64,000 nt of DNA from Squalus acanthias (lineage: Eukaryota): the NCBI GenBank assembly GCA_030390025.1, contig CM059432.1:82152001-82216000 (forward strand). The letters run 5' to 3'. Below, piece by piece: positions 24,681 to 38,010 of this stretch. The stretch's first letter is position 1; every line of letters begins with the position of its first letter. Made by a program: the position numbers and the translations under genes. The notes beneath the pieces were generated by a model. The model made no database searches and was not told the origin of the DNA. It saw nothing but the letters and a program-made list of their open reading frames with translations.

Positions 24681-27253
24681 AAATGAATAGTCTAATGGCA
24701 GCAAATTCTGGAATACAAATGAACAAAAAGATAACTAAGCCCTCAGTGTAGCATTGTTGTATGGAGACTTCATAACCAGAAAATAGAATCAGTAATAAAT
24801 CATCGACGCCATCACAGTATCCTATTTATTTAGGCCAGAATTTAAATTTTTGTACTGTTGGTAAAATGTAATCATGTGACATGGAACAGATATACTATTG
24901 GTTACATATATTCATTTAGGAGGAAGCAACACAAGAGTTTATTTATAAAAAATCAGAATGTTTTAAAAACAGGAGCATTAAAATTTCCATCTCCACATGC
25001 AGTTCAGAATTTAGGATTTGGCAGTTAATATACTGCAGCCATGGTACTGTCACTTGCATCAACCGTTGCTATCTGTAGGTGCCAAACAAAGCTGCTCATA
25101 AACCTGTTGGGAGATGCGGGGGGAGGGGATGCAGCTCATCCGAATGAGAAGGCAATCTTACACAGGACGTTTTGATAAGTATAAATTCTGAAAGCAAATT
25201 TTTTCCTAATTTCTGAACCCTTTGTGGTTGGACTTATTGAGGGACAAATTCAGCTTCTGTGGTCCTGTCACACTCAGGGGTGTATAGCGTGAAATTACGC
25301 ATCTCCAGCCTGTAATTTTCTTTCCATTTAAGTTTGTGCTCTCACAGCTGTGTTATGATACCACCCACACTAAAGTACTGTTTTTCCCTCAATTTTCTGC
25401 CCCCTCTGCTGAAGGTGGTGACTCTTGCTGTGGTATGATACCTTGAGGGCTGGTGGCCCTCCAGTACCTTGTCCAATGGGCCATCCGTTATGTATAACCT
25501 AGACAGTGCAAGCAGGTGATTCAGTCAAAAACATCAGAGCTGAGCCCAATCCATACACATGCACACAAGTACTTGCCATAGGGGGGCAATAGATAGCAAT
25601 CATACGTGGGAACCCTAGCTGAAAATTCCTCACAGTAGGATATGAAGAGCAATTGTAATGTCCCAGCTGAGATCAGCTATGAACTACTTTCCATCAACAA
25701 AACAAGGATTTGAACTAATAAAGTGGGAGGGGTATATTTTAGAGCATATGTGGGGAGGAGATAAAGGGTAAGTATAGTGAGAGGCTAGGCAGTCTAAAAT
25801 AGTTCAAAGGGAAATAAGGAGAAACCTTAAAGCATATAGGAGAGAGAGTATGGAGGATAGTGAAAGAATAAGAAAAAAATGAAATGAAAGAAGGTACTAG
25901 GGAAAATGAATGTGTCAGGGCCGCAGTGCTTACAGTATATGCTTAATTCAATTTCTTTATTAATTCAGATGTCTATAGCACTAAACTTATACTCTCCTAC
26001 ATCATTTACCTTGTGTAATTCAAATGACTGGATAATTAAAACATTTCTAGCCCAACAATGGCAATTGTCAGGACTATACTGCAAATGCACAAAGCATTAG
26101 AAATAAAGTTGGATAACTGGAGATATGAATTAAGATGGATGTGATGTTGTAGCCTTGACAAAATCTGTGGTGAGACTGGGAACTAAATAGTTCCAGTTGC
26201 AATATTTTCAGAGGGGTAGAGAAGGAAACAAGAGAGGAATTAAAGGCATGATTTCAGCCATAGAAACATGTTTTTATTGAAAGAGCAAATAGTGAAAGAT
26301 AGTTTCCACTAGTTAGTGAACTGGTAACTAGGGAGCAAAAACTCTGGATTATTACCAGAAGAACAAGAAGGGAAGTTAGAGAAATGATTTTATACAGGAT
26401 TATTGGAGAATGAAATGCTTTACCACAAGTGGACAGTGAGGCAGACTGTGGAGCTGATTTCCTGGTCCTTGCCCCAGAGAATGCTCAGTTCCCCAGTGCA
26501 AAGGTCAGGAAGAAGGGGTGGCAACCAGATCAGTGGTTGTCCAGGGCTTTCTTGGGGTCTCATTGCTTGGCCTGCGCCTGCAGAAGCCACAGGTCCAGAA
26601 GGTCCAGGTGAGTGTTGCAGTAAATGTTAAGCCTCACCGAAGTTGAAGTTGAAGTTGAAGGTACCTGACAGGCCTGCAGTTACCTCTGATTTTCCAGCAT
26701 CCTACTGCTGGCACTGTGCAGGAGCCGTCTCCAAGCCATTTAACTGGCCTGGGACAGGAAAATGCAACAATCCCAGGCTGAACAAGAGCATGGCACTTCC
26801 GGTGCATTGCTTCATTCCAGTGCAGGATTGGGGGGAGGGCATAAGAAAATCTGCCCGCATAACATTATTGAAAAGGGAATTTGGATAATTATTTGAAAAG
26901 AAAGAATATAAAAGGGTATGGGAAAGGACAGGGAAATTTAAATACTGTAGATTGCTTCAACTGAAGAGCTAAAATAGCATAGACGTGAAGACCCAAATAA
27001 CTTCATTCTGTCCTGTAAGTTTTATGATTCTACTTCAATAGAAGTTTTTAACATTAAAAATTCAAATAGAATTCAACTGTTTTGACAATTTTTGCTTCCT
27101 CTTATCTCTAGAGTTGAGCACAGTTAGCTCTTTTTGTTTAGTTTAAGTAATTTTTCTTTGCCTTCTAAGAACAAGATGTAGCGCTTAGATATGTTTAGGT
27201 AAATTGTTTAACTTCCTGTATCCCATTAATTGTGGTTGTGCTTATTTCAACAG

Positions 27254-27382
27254 TATTCCTCAGCTGGTTCTGAATATCGATCTCGCTCCCACCATCTTGG
27301 ATATTGCAGGCCTTGATATTCCACCAGATATGGATGGCAAGTCTATCCTGAAACTATTGGAACCTGAGAAACCAGGAAACAG
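27254..27382 (+). CDS. SULF1: SULF1 internal coding exon (129 bp)
   Basis: Acceptor caacag ends 27253, donor gtgggc at 27383. Encodes [42 protein letters not shown](R). Phase 2 at both ends. Confidence 0.96.
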
Positions 27383-27811
27383 GTGGGCCAAAAACAATTG
27401 AGTCCGAGCACCTATACACACACTGCATTAAGGTTTTGATAATAAAATGGGAGCCAGAGAGGAATAATGAAGAACAATACAACCAGATTCAGAAGGACCC
27501 GAACCTTTTGAGAAACTGTAGCAGTAGATGCAAATAATTGTAAAATAGTTGGTATGGCAACAAAGAACCAGAGTATAGAGTATCAGTTGAATGGAATTTT
27601 TTCTGCGCCCTTATAAAGGGATTCAATGAACATCAATAAATCATCTTTCTGGAGCAGCCACCTACATCAGAATTTCTGGCCTCCTTGGTCAGGCAGCTGC
27701 CCAAGATACACTCTTAGCAGCATTATCTAGATAAGGAGACATCCAGATGTGTTGCCCATATAGTGGCATAGTTGAGTTAGTGTCTAACGTCGAATATGTC
27801 TTCTCTTCTAG

Positions 27812-27868
27812 ATTCCGTTCAAATAAGAAGGCCAGAATTTGGCGTGACACATTCCTTATTGAGAGAGG
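27812..27868 (+). CDS. SULF1: SULF1 short internal coding exon (57 bp), absent from the ORF track
   Basis: Acceptor ttctag ends 27811, donor gtaagt at 27869. Encodes (R)FRSNKKARIWRDTFLIER(G), matching SULF1 FRTNKKAKIWRDTFLVERG. Confidence 0.95.
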
Positions 27869-28239
27869 GTAAGTTACAGTGCATTATGAATTTAACACAA
27901 TACATTATGTATGTTTGCTCTGCCTTCACAAAGAAATACTTTGTAACTTTGTAGAGTTTTACACAAACAAATAGAAACTCTTATCTGATTTTACAACTTC
28001 CAAATGTATTAAACCTAATAGTTATTATATTCTTCTTGTATTGCACAAATGTGAATAGAAATATATCTTACTGTATTTTCTGTTAAGGAATTGGCTCTCC
28101 CAAAATACTCACACTCCATAGATTTTGTAATTTTGTAATTGTGGAGTATCTGGAAAGTCATACATCTATTCAAATGTAACTTTTTTGACAGGAGAAACAA
28201 TCACTGAGTTTTAGAATTTATTGATAATGCAAATAATGT

Positions 28240-31200
28240 ATTAAGAAGCTCTAAAGGGAAAATACAAAGAGATTAGGAGAGAAGTCAACAAAAAAAATGA
28301 GGAAGGCAAAGAGGAACTATGAAATTAAATTATCAAGGAACATAAAACAAAATAGTAAAATATTTTACAGGCACATCAATAAAAAAAGGAAGGTTGGGAT
28401 TGGAATAGGGCCACTAAGGGATGGACAGGATAATACCACAGGCAACGATAGAGAGAGGGCAGAAATATTAAATAATTACTTTGCCTCAGTATTTACCAGA
28501 GAAATAGAACAGGTGGACATGGCATTGGATGATGAGATTAGTAATGAAATAACTGCATTTAAAATAAGAGGAGATATTAACTAAACTAATGAAACTCATC
28601 CGCACATTTTAAAAGAATCTAGGGAAGAGATAGCAGAGGCTACACATATTTAATAATTAATTAGAAAAAGGTGTAGTGCCAGAGGACTGGCGGATAGCTA
28701 ACGTAATACCTATATTTAAGAAGGGAGATAGAACATGTCCAGGGAACTATAGACCAGTCAGCTTAACATTGGTGGTAGGAATAATAATGGAATCCCTACT
28801 AAAGGAGAAAATAGAAGAACATCTAGAAGCCAAAAAAATTATAATGAATAGTCAGCATGGATTTTAAAAGGGAAAGTCTTGCTTGACCAACCTTATTGAA
28901 TTTTTTGAAGAAGTAACAGAGAAAATAGACAAGGGTAATGCAGTAGATGTAATTTAGAATCATAGAATGGTTACAGCACAGAAGGAGGCCATTCGTCCTG
29001 TCGAGCCCGTGCCAGCTCTCTGCAAGAGCACTTCAGCTAGTCCCACTCCCCCGCACTTCCCCCGTAGCCCTGCAAATTTTTCCCCTCAGGTACTTATCCA
29101 ATTCCCTTTTGAAAGCCATGATTGAGTCTGCCTCCACCACCCTTTTAGGCAGTGCATTCCAGATCCTAACCATTCACTGCGTAAAAATATTTTTCCTCAT
29201 GTCGCCTTTGGTTCTTTTGCCAGTCATCTTGAATCTGTGTCCTCTGGTTCTCGACCCTTCCGCCAATGGGAACAGTTTCTCTCTATCTACTCTGTCTAGA
29301 CCCCTCATGATTTTGAATACCTCTCATCAAATCTCCTCTCAACCTTCTTTGCTCTAAGGAGAACAACCCCAGCTTCTTCAGTCTATCCACGTAACTGAAG
29401 TCCCTTATCCCTAGAATCATTTTCGTAAATCTTTTCTGCACCCTCTCTAAGGCCTTCACATCCTTCCTAAAGTGCGGTGCCCAGAATTGGACACAATACT
29501 CCAGTTGAGGCCGAACCAGTATTTTATAAATGTTCATCATAACTTCCTTGCTTTTGTACTCTATGCCTCTATTTATGAAGCCCAGTATCCTGTATGCTTT
29601 TTTAATCGCTTTCTCAACCTGCCCTGCCCTGCCACCTTCAACGATTTGTGTACACATACCCCCAGGTCTCTCTGTTCATGCACCCCCTTTAGGATTGTAC
29701 CCTTTAGTTTATATTGCCTCTCCTCGTTCTTCCTACCAAAATGTATCACTTCGCACTTTTCTGCAATAAATTTCATCTGCCACGTGTCCGACTATTTCAC
29801 CAGCCTGTCTATGTCTTCTTGAATTCTATCACTATCCTCCTCATTGTTCACTATACCTCCAAGTTTAGTGTCATCTGCAAATTTTGAAATTGTGCCTTGT
29901 ACTCCCCAGTCCAAGTCATTAACATATATCAAGAAAAGCAGTGATCCTAGTACCGACCCCTCGGGAACACCAGTGTATACCTTCCTGCAGTCCGAAAAAC
30001 AATCGTTCACCACTGCTCTCTGTTTCCTGTCACTTAGCCAATTTCGTATCCATGCTGCCACTGTCCCTTTTATCTAGATTTTCAAAAGGCCTTCGATAAG
30101 GTACCACATAATAGACTAATGAATAAGGTCAGAGAATGCGGAGTCAGGGGACAAGTAGGAGAATGGATAGCTAGCTGGCTTCAAGACAGAAAGCAGAGAG
30201 TAGGAGTAAAGGGTAGCTATTCAGAGTGGCAGAAGGTGGTGTTCCACAAGGATCAGTGCTGGGACCAGTTGTTCACAATTTATATTAATGATTTAGACTT
30301 TGGAATCAAAAACACAATTTCTAACTTTGCGGATGACACCAAATTGGGGGGGGGAACGTTAATACTGAGGAGGACTGCAACAAATTACAGGAAGACATTA
30401 ATAAACTTGCAGAATGGGCATATAATTGGCAAATGAAATTCAACACAGATAAATGTGAGGTATTACATTTAGGTAGGAAGAATAGGGAGGCCACTTATTA
30501 CTTGGAGGGTGCGAGTCTGGGTGGGGTAGAGGAGCAAACGGATCTCGGAGTACAAATACACAAATCACTAAAAGTAGCAACACAGGTTAACAAGGCCATA
30601 AAAAAGCAAACCAGGCACTAGGGTTTATTTCTAGAGAGATAGAATTGAAAAGTAGTGAAGATATGCTAAACCTGTATCGAACCTTGGTTATACCACACTT
30701 GGAGTACTGTGTACAATTCTGGTCGTCATATTATAAAAGGGAGATAGAGGCACTGGAGAGGGTACAGAGAAGATTTACAAGGATGATACCAGAAATGCGA
30801 GGGTATACCTATCAGGAAAGGATGAACAGGCTGGGTTTCTTTTCGCTTGAAAAAAGAAAGCTGAGGGGTGACCTAATTGAGGTCTTTAAAATTATGAAAG
30901 ATTTTGATAGAGTAGATACAGAGAGAATGTTTCCATTTGTGGGGAAGAGCATAACTAGAGGCCATCAATATAAGATAGTCACCAAGAAATCAAATAGGGA
31001 ATTCAGAAGAAACTTCTTTACCCAGAGAGTGGTGGAGAATGTGGAACTTGCTACCACAGGGAGTGGTTGAGGCAAATAGTATAGACGCATTTAAGGGGAG
31101 GCTGGACCAGCATATGAGGGAGAATGGAATAGATGGGTTATGCTGATAGATTTAGATGAGGAAAGATGGGAGGAGGCTCGAGTGGAGCCTAAACGCCAGT

Positions 31201-31256
31201 ATGGACTGGTTGGGCCGAATGGCCTGTTTCTGTGCCGTAAATCCTATGTAATCCTG
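28240..31256 (+). mobile_element. CR1 LINE ORF2 3' half, decayed, split by an inverted CR1
   Basis: PEDWRIANVIPIFKKG...GNYRPVSLT...QHGF. The motif VDVI|YLDFQKAFDKVPH is interrupted at 28956/30069. FADDTKLGG, HLEYCVQFW and a CR1 3' tail follow. Confidence 0.9.
28957..30068 (-). mobile_element. CR1 LINE 3' fragment nested antisense within another CR1
   Basis: Minus-strand WIRNWLSDRKQR, GVPEGSVLG, FADDTKLGG, RPQLEYCVQFWAP. The tail ends in ATTCTATGATTC at 28957. TTTA occurs at both junctions. Confidence 0.9.
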
Positions 31257-32224
31257 AACTGTTCTTATTAAAGAAGCCACGTCAACAAGGAAATTGCATT
31301 AAACTTTTAAAAGCAGGCATAACTCTACTTCTGAGACATGTGGAAGTATTGAAGTGACATGTTAGTGAGGTGGGACTGAAGCAAGAACACCTCCTGTTGC
31401 ATGTTCTTGGGTTTCTGTCTGCAAACATGCAGAAACCAGTTGGCCTATTGAGAGTGGGCCTTGGAGATTGTGCCCAGACCCCTCAGATTTGAGAATGGAC
31501 TGTCAGCCATCTTCACCTGCCTTTAAACAGGCAAGTGTTTTCTTTCCAGGGCCAGCAAAGAAGAACAGGGCTGCTTTTTAACAGCAGCCACAAGATGGCA
31601 AGAACACTGGGTTCGATACCCTGACATTAATTTTCATCAAGGGCACCAGACGAATCCTTAACCTCGTCACCTTAACGCCTTATCAAGGAACCATCTGGCG
31701 TTTAACACCCAGGCTGGGAACTTCCTGCTCCACTGCCATAAATTTGCCAGAAGTGCAGCGGAAACTCCGTTTACACGCTGTCTGCTGCACATCTGGCGAA
31801 GTTACGTTAGCGGAATGGGAGTAGCTACGAGGAAATTTCCCGGTCCTAGTCTATGCCTGGGAGTGAATGACAACCAAATGTGGCTTCCCAAACTGTCTTA
31901 CATCAACCAATTTGGATTGTATTAGCATTTATTCCACCAACCTCCCATCAGGATCTGCACAAACTACTGAGTGAATGAATTAACTCTTACTTGCCAATTA
32001 TCAGAAAACAAAGTTATGCATTAACAATTGTTTATTAACCTTCAAATCATAGCTGGCAGCACTTAAACACTGAATAGACATGGTTAATCGATAAAATAAA
32101 TGTCACAGTAATTCCTCATTATCTGCATGCTGACTATAGTTGAGTCAGTGTCTGAGATTGATATAAATTGGTGAGATTAATTTAAGATTAGACTCCTTAG
32201 ATAGCTGACAAGTTAACAGCATCT

Positions 32225-32882
32225 GGGGTCAATTTTAACCCCTCCCCTCTTCCCCTGGGAATGGTGAGTAGGAGGGGTTCAAATCGGGCGAGCTGACTTA
32301 CCAGCTCGAGGTCGCTCCTTTTCCACCAGGTGTCATTTAATCTTCATCAGCTTTCAAGTCAGTCAAGGCTTCCGCTACAAGCAGGCAGAGGTCGCACTGA
32401 AATGTAAAAGTTGTGGTTTGATGACACCATCGGCTTCACAACGCTATTTTTACTAGAACTTGGATGGGGTAGGCCCGCCCGGTGGCAAACCCGGCTGAGA
32501 AACCTGGTGGGAGGCAGCAGGGCGGCCAGAAGTGGCCAAGGTAAATTCATTTTTTTAATTTTGGAAGGATTCCTTGGGGCCAGGAGGAGCAGCAGTGCAC
32601 TTACCTCTCCTACCCCAGACCGGTATGAGCTATGTATCCCCCCCCACCCACCCCAGCACTAACCTTATGCCGGAGACCATTCCCTTGAGTCCACGTTGGT
32701 GTCCAGCTCCGCCCCAATTCCCGCTCATGCCTCCCGGCTTTGGGCTGGAGACAGGTGTGAAAAATTATAATGTGGCCGAACCGTTAAAATCAGCTGGGCC
32801 TTGCTTCCTTCTTGACTTCTGGATGTTCCACCCACTTTGGGTCCCCCACACACCGATGCCACCCAGAGTTAAAATCAACACC
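32225..32882. mobile_element. Probable Harbinger-type MITE
   Basis: Ends GGGGTCAATTTTAAC and GTTAAAATCAACACC form an imperfect inverted pair around a GC-rich body. No clean TSD. Confidence 0.5.
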
Positions 32883-32907
32883 AGAGTCAGTCTAGATTAA
32901 ACTCTTA

Positions 32908-33992
32908 GGGGGTTATTTTGGTGAAAGGGTGAAAACTTGTGCTAAATGGGTGCTGTGCTAATAAGACACGTCTGTCTGGTTTTAGCACGCAACTTTGGTC
33001 CAAATTGCTGATTACCATAATTTAAACTTGCCTGGAGGTGCTGAAACAGACAGGCTTAGCACGCAAGTGCTGATTAGACACAATTTTCGTGGAGCCCTAT
33101 ACTGAAGGTGTGGAGTGGGCTGGCTGACACACAGCAGCAGGTTTCAGGATTGCTCAGGGACTGAGTGAGAGGGTGCACAGGTTCTTGGACGCAGCACTGG
33201 AGGTCCTGGTGGAGGAGGTCCTGGTGGAGGAGGTCCTGGTGGAGGAGGTCCTGGTGGAGGAGGTCCTGGTGGAGGAGGTCCTGGTGGAGGAGGTCCAGAG
33301 GAGGAGGTCCAGAGGAGGAGGGATGTCCTGGACCCGCGGGGGCGGGGGGGGAGGAGTCCTTCTCGCTCCCCTGTCCCTCTCTCCTGCGGCAGCTGGTGCT
33401 GCTCTGCCTGGCCTCATTCCCCTTCCCCTCCCATTCCTCCTGGAGACCAAGGGGGAGCCCTAAGCAAGGTGCCGATGACCAAGTGCTCCCTTTCTCCTAG
33501 TGACTCCTTAAGGTGTTCAATAAGGTAGAGTAGCACAACTCTTACTCGTTTTAAGTGAAGTACTCCGTGAATAAATGCTTGAGTGTTGGTGAAGTCTTGA
33601 CAAAGTGTCCCAGAAAGTCTCCCGATGTGTTTCAAAAGTCCTCTTCATACCCCCAGCAACAAGTGAACACTAAAAGGTGATATACCTTTAAGGAGTTCTC
33701 GAAATCCGAGTTTACTCCCCATCAGCTGGTCGCTGTTAGGAGAGGGCATTAGTTCAAGCGCTAGCCAACAAAATGCCGTTCAGCCTCTTTAATGAGCGCT
33801 AGCAGGCAATTTAAGTGGCAATCAGCTGCTTAACGATCTTCCGGGCAGCCATTCCTAGCGCAAGCTTGAACTCCTTTACCAAGATGGTGTCTTGCACTAA
33901 ATGCAGGGTAAACCGCTGATTCAGTTTGAGACTCCATCTTATCCACCTTGGAGGTTCTTTAGTATCTAAAGTATTTGGGGAAAATCACCCCC
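32908..33992. mobile_element. Harbinger internal-deletion derivative keeping only the start of the Myb-like gene
   Basis: Ends GGGGGTTATTTT and AAAATCACCCCC. Internal HRFLDAALEVLVEEV...QRRRDVL resembles PRFSDEALQMLVEGVRASREVL at 39120. Confidence 0.65.
33199..33316 (+). repeat. Minisatellite: 6 perfect copies of GGAGGTCCTGGTGGA (15 bp) plus 2 copies of GGAGGTCCAGAGGA (14 bp)
   Basis: Read directly from the sequence. Confidence 0.95.
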
Positions 33993-34041
33993 TATCTGCT
34001 TGTAATTAGCAATTTTTCCAGAATTAATACAATCTTGTCCT

Positions 34042-36868
34042 TATAAACTGATATCTGGGGACTGGTGCCAAAATTGGGAGAGCTCTCCCACAGACCAGTC
34101 AATCAACAGCCTGACAGTCATAATCACAGAATCATACCTTTCAGCCAACGTCCCAAACTCCTCCATCACCATCCCTGGGTATGTCCTGTTCCACCGGCAG
34201 GACAGACCCACCAGGGGTGGTGGCACAGTGGTATACAGTCGGGAAGGAGTGGCCCTGGGAGTCCTCAACATTGACTCCGGACCCCATGAAGTCTCATGGC
34301 TTCAGGTCAAGCATGGGCAAGGAAACCTCCTGCTGATTACCACCTACTGCCCTCCCTGAGCTGATGAATCAGTGCTCCTCCATGTTGAACACCACTTGGA
34401 AGAAGCACCGAGAGTAGCAAGGGCACAGAATGTACTCTGGGTGGGGGACTTCAATGTCCATCACCAAGAGTGGCTCGGTAGCACCACTACTGACCGAGCT
34501 GGCCGAGTCCTGAAGGACTTAGCTGCCAGACTAGGATGGCGGCAGGTGGTGAGAGAACCAGCACGAGGGAAAAATCTACTTGACCTCGTCCTCACCAATC
34601 TACCTGACGCAGATGCATCTGTCCATGACAGCATTAGTAGCAGTGACCACCACACAGTCCTTGTGGAGACGAAATCCCGTCTTCACACTGAGGACACCCG
34701 CCATCATGTTGTGTGGCACTACCACCATGCTAAATAGAATAGATTCAGAACAGATCTAGCAGCTCAAAACTGGGCATCCATGAGGCGCTGTCGGACATCA
34801 GCAGCAGCAGAATTGTATTCCACCACAATCTGTAACCTCATGGCCCGGCATATCCCTCACTCTACCATTACCATCAAGCCAGGGGACCAACCCTGTTTCA
34901 ATGAGGAGTGTAGAAGAACATGCCAGGAGCAGCACCAGGTGCACCTAAAAATGAGGTGCCAACCTGGGGAAGCTGCAACACAGGACTACATGCATGCTAA
35001 ACACCGGAAGCAGCATGCTATAGACAGAGCAAAGCGATCCCACAATCAAGGGATCAGATCAAAGCTCTGCAGTCCTGCCACATCCAGTCGTGAATGGCGG
35101 TGGACCATTAAACAACTAATGGGAGGAGGAGGCTTCATGAATATCCCCATCCTCAATGATGGTGGAGCCCAGCACGTGAGTGCAAAAGACAAAGCTGAAG
35201 TGTTTGCAACCATCTTCCGCCAGAAGTGCCGAGTGGATGATCCATAACGGCCTCCTCCTGAGGTTCCCACCATCACAGAAGCCAGTCTTCAGCCAATTCG
35301 ATTCACTCCACGTGATATCAAGAAACGGCTGAGTGCACTGGATACAGCAAAGACTGTGGGCCCGGACAACATCCCGGCTGTTGTGCTGAAGACTTTTTCT
35401 CCAGAACTAGCCGTGCCTCTAGCCAAGCTGTTCCGGTACAGCTACAACACTGGCATCTACCCAACATTGTGGAAAACTGCCCAGGTATGTCCTGTCCACA
35501 AAAAGCAGGACAAATCCAATCCGGCCAATTACCGCCCCATCAATCTACTCTCAATCATCAGCAAAGTGATGGAAGGTGTCATCGACAGTGCTATCAAGCG
35601 GCACTTACTCGCCAATAACCTGCTCACTGATGCCCAGTTTGGGTTCCACCAGGACCACTCGGCTCCAGACCTCATTACAGCCTTGGTCCCAATATGGACT
35701 AAAGAGCTGAATTCCAGAGGTGAGGTGAGAGTGACTGCCCTTGACATCAAGGCAGCATTTGACCAAGTGTGGAATCAAGGAACCCTAGTAAAATTGAAGT
35801 CAATGGGAATCGGGGGAAAACTCCACTGGCTGGGGTCATACCTAGCACAAAGGAAGATGGTTGTAGTTGTTGGAGGTCAATCATCTCAGCCCCAGGACGT
35901 CGCTGCAGGAGTTCCTCAGGGCAGTGTCCGAGGCCCAAACATCTTCAGCTGCTTCCCTCCATCAGAAGGTCAGAAGTGGGGATGTTCACTGACGATTGCA
36001 CAGTGTTCAGTTCCATTCACAACTCCTCAGATAATGAAACAGTTCAGCAAGACCTGGATGACATTCAGGCTTGGGCTGATAAGTGGCAAGTAACATTCGT
36101 GCCACACAAATGCCAGACAATGACTATCTCCAACAAGCAAGAGTCTAACCACCGCCCCTTGACATTCAACGGCATTACCATCGCCGAATCCCCCACCATC
36201 AACATCCTGGGGGTCACCATTGAACAGGACCAGCCACATAAATACTGTAGCTACAAGAGCAGGTCAGAGGCTGGGTATTCTGTGGCGAGTGTCTCACCTC
36301 CTGACTCCCCAAAGCCTTTCCACCATCTACAAGGCACAAGTGAGGTGTGTGATGGAATACTTCCACTTGTATTGATGAGTGAAGCTCCAACAAAACTCAA
36401 GAAGCTCGACACCATCCAGGACAAAGCAGCCCGCTTGATTGGCACCCCATCCACCACCTTAAGCATTCTCTCCCTCCACCACCAGCGTACCGTGGCTGCA
36501 GTGTATACCATCTACAAGATGCACTGCAGCAACTCGCCAAGGCTTCTTCGGCAGCACCTCCCAAACCCGCGACTTCTTCCACCTAGAAAGACAAGAGCAG
36601 CAGGCGCATGGGAACACCACCACCTCCAAGTTCCCCTCCAAGTCACACACCATCCTGACTTGGAAATATATCCATTCCTTCATCGTCGCTGGATCAAAAT
36701 CCTGGAACTCCCTCCCTAACAGCACTGTGGGAGTACCTTCACCACAAGGACTGCAGCGGTTCAAGAAGGCAGCTCACCACCACCTTCTCAAGGGCAACTA
36801 GGGATGGGCAATAAATGCTGGCCTTGCCGGCGACGCCCAGATCCCATAAACGAATAAATTTAAAAAAA
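34042..36868 (+). mobile_element. Non-LTR retrotransposon of the CR1/L2 group; near-complete ORF2 (APE endonuclease + RT) pseudogene
   Basis: APE motifs NIWGL, GDFNVHH, LDLVLT, SDH. RT motifs GPDNIP, PVHKKQDKSNPANYRPI, DIKAAFD, GVPQGS, FTDD. A-rich 3' end. Stops and frameshifts present. Confidence 0.9.
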
Positions 36869-37177
36869 CTTGCCTTGCCTTCCTGTGAGAGGATGATATT
36901 GGCATCAGAGTGTTGAACATCTAACTATATAGGTGCTATCTATTTTGCCTGGATCCTCTGCTCCTGGGTAATTTCACCTTCTGTGTTGATTGCTGTATCT
37001 GGACTAACTGGCCTAAATCTCACCTCCCTTTATCTTCGGGGAACATGTACACCTCAGTGACACACTTGTATCTGGCTGGTATAAGTCTTACAATCTTAAC
37101 TTCAATAACTTTTCTCACTCTGTTGGAGATGCACTTTCCAGTTTTACAGAAACACAATTCTACATATATTAGACAAA

Positions 37178-37792
37178 GGGGGAAAAGTTCGGTGTCGTCC
37201 CTTTCGGCCCCGAAAAAATTAGCACCCCTCCGCCTGAGATTCAGTTGTAGCGCCCCAAGCAGGAGGTGGAGCGCTACTGGAAGCTCTCCGCCTCCTTCTT
37301 GGGGCGCTACAACTGAATATCGTGGCGCTACGTGCAACAGCGCCACGCGCATTGGCACATAGCGCCACGTCATTGCAGGCCTCCCTCCCCTGATTAAAGG
37401 GGAGGGGCCTAGCGCTGTGCGCACCGGTGCCCTGCTGGACCACCGGGGAGTGGGGTGCCATGAAAACAGCCCAGCACTCAAGAGGAGTGCCGGACTGAGC
37501 GATCGTGGCCGGCACCCCGAAGAAAAAAGGGGAAGGGGGCAGGTGCTGGCAGTCGGCAAAAAAAATGGCTGCCCGACACCTGCCCTTTAAGTAGCGCTGC
37601 CATAGCTGCAAAAACGCCCCCCTGATCCTGTTGGACATATCGTCCAGCGATAGGTCAGGGGGTGCAACCCAAGTTTGCGGCCAGGGCGCGAGTGGGGCGC
37701 TGCGCACTCGCCACCGGCGCAGCGCCACAGGGCGCTACTGGCTACCACCGCCGGTTGGGCTGATTCGCGCAAACCAACCCAATCTTTCCCCC
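37178..37792. mobile_element. Harbinger-type MITE
   Basis: TIRs GGGGGAAAAGTTCGGT and ACCCAATCTTTCCCCC. TSD AAA at 37175-37177 and 37793-37795. Body shares blocks with 55712-56349. Confidence 0.8.
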
Positions 37793-38010
37793 AAAGAACT
37801 CTTACATCTTATACTACAAGACTACTAGAAGACTGTGGAGCACATCATCGAACACTGCTCTCAGAGGAAATTTGCAGGCAGCCTTCACGATATTGATGCT
37901 TTGGCCTGGATACCTGACAGACATTGATATTTAATTTGTTTTTTGCTACTACCATACGAAAGAAGAAGTAGAAATAAACTAAGGGCTGAAGTCTTGAGAC
38001 TGAAAACTGA

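Noticed and set aside
33199..33316. CRISPR-like array
   Set aside because: The units are head-to-tail with no unique spacers, there are no cas genes, and the context is a vertebrate intron.
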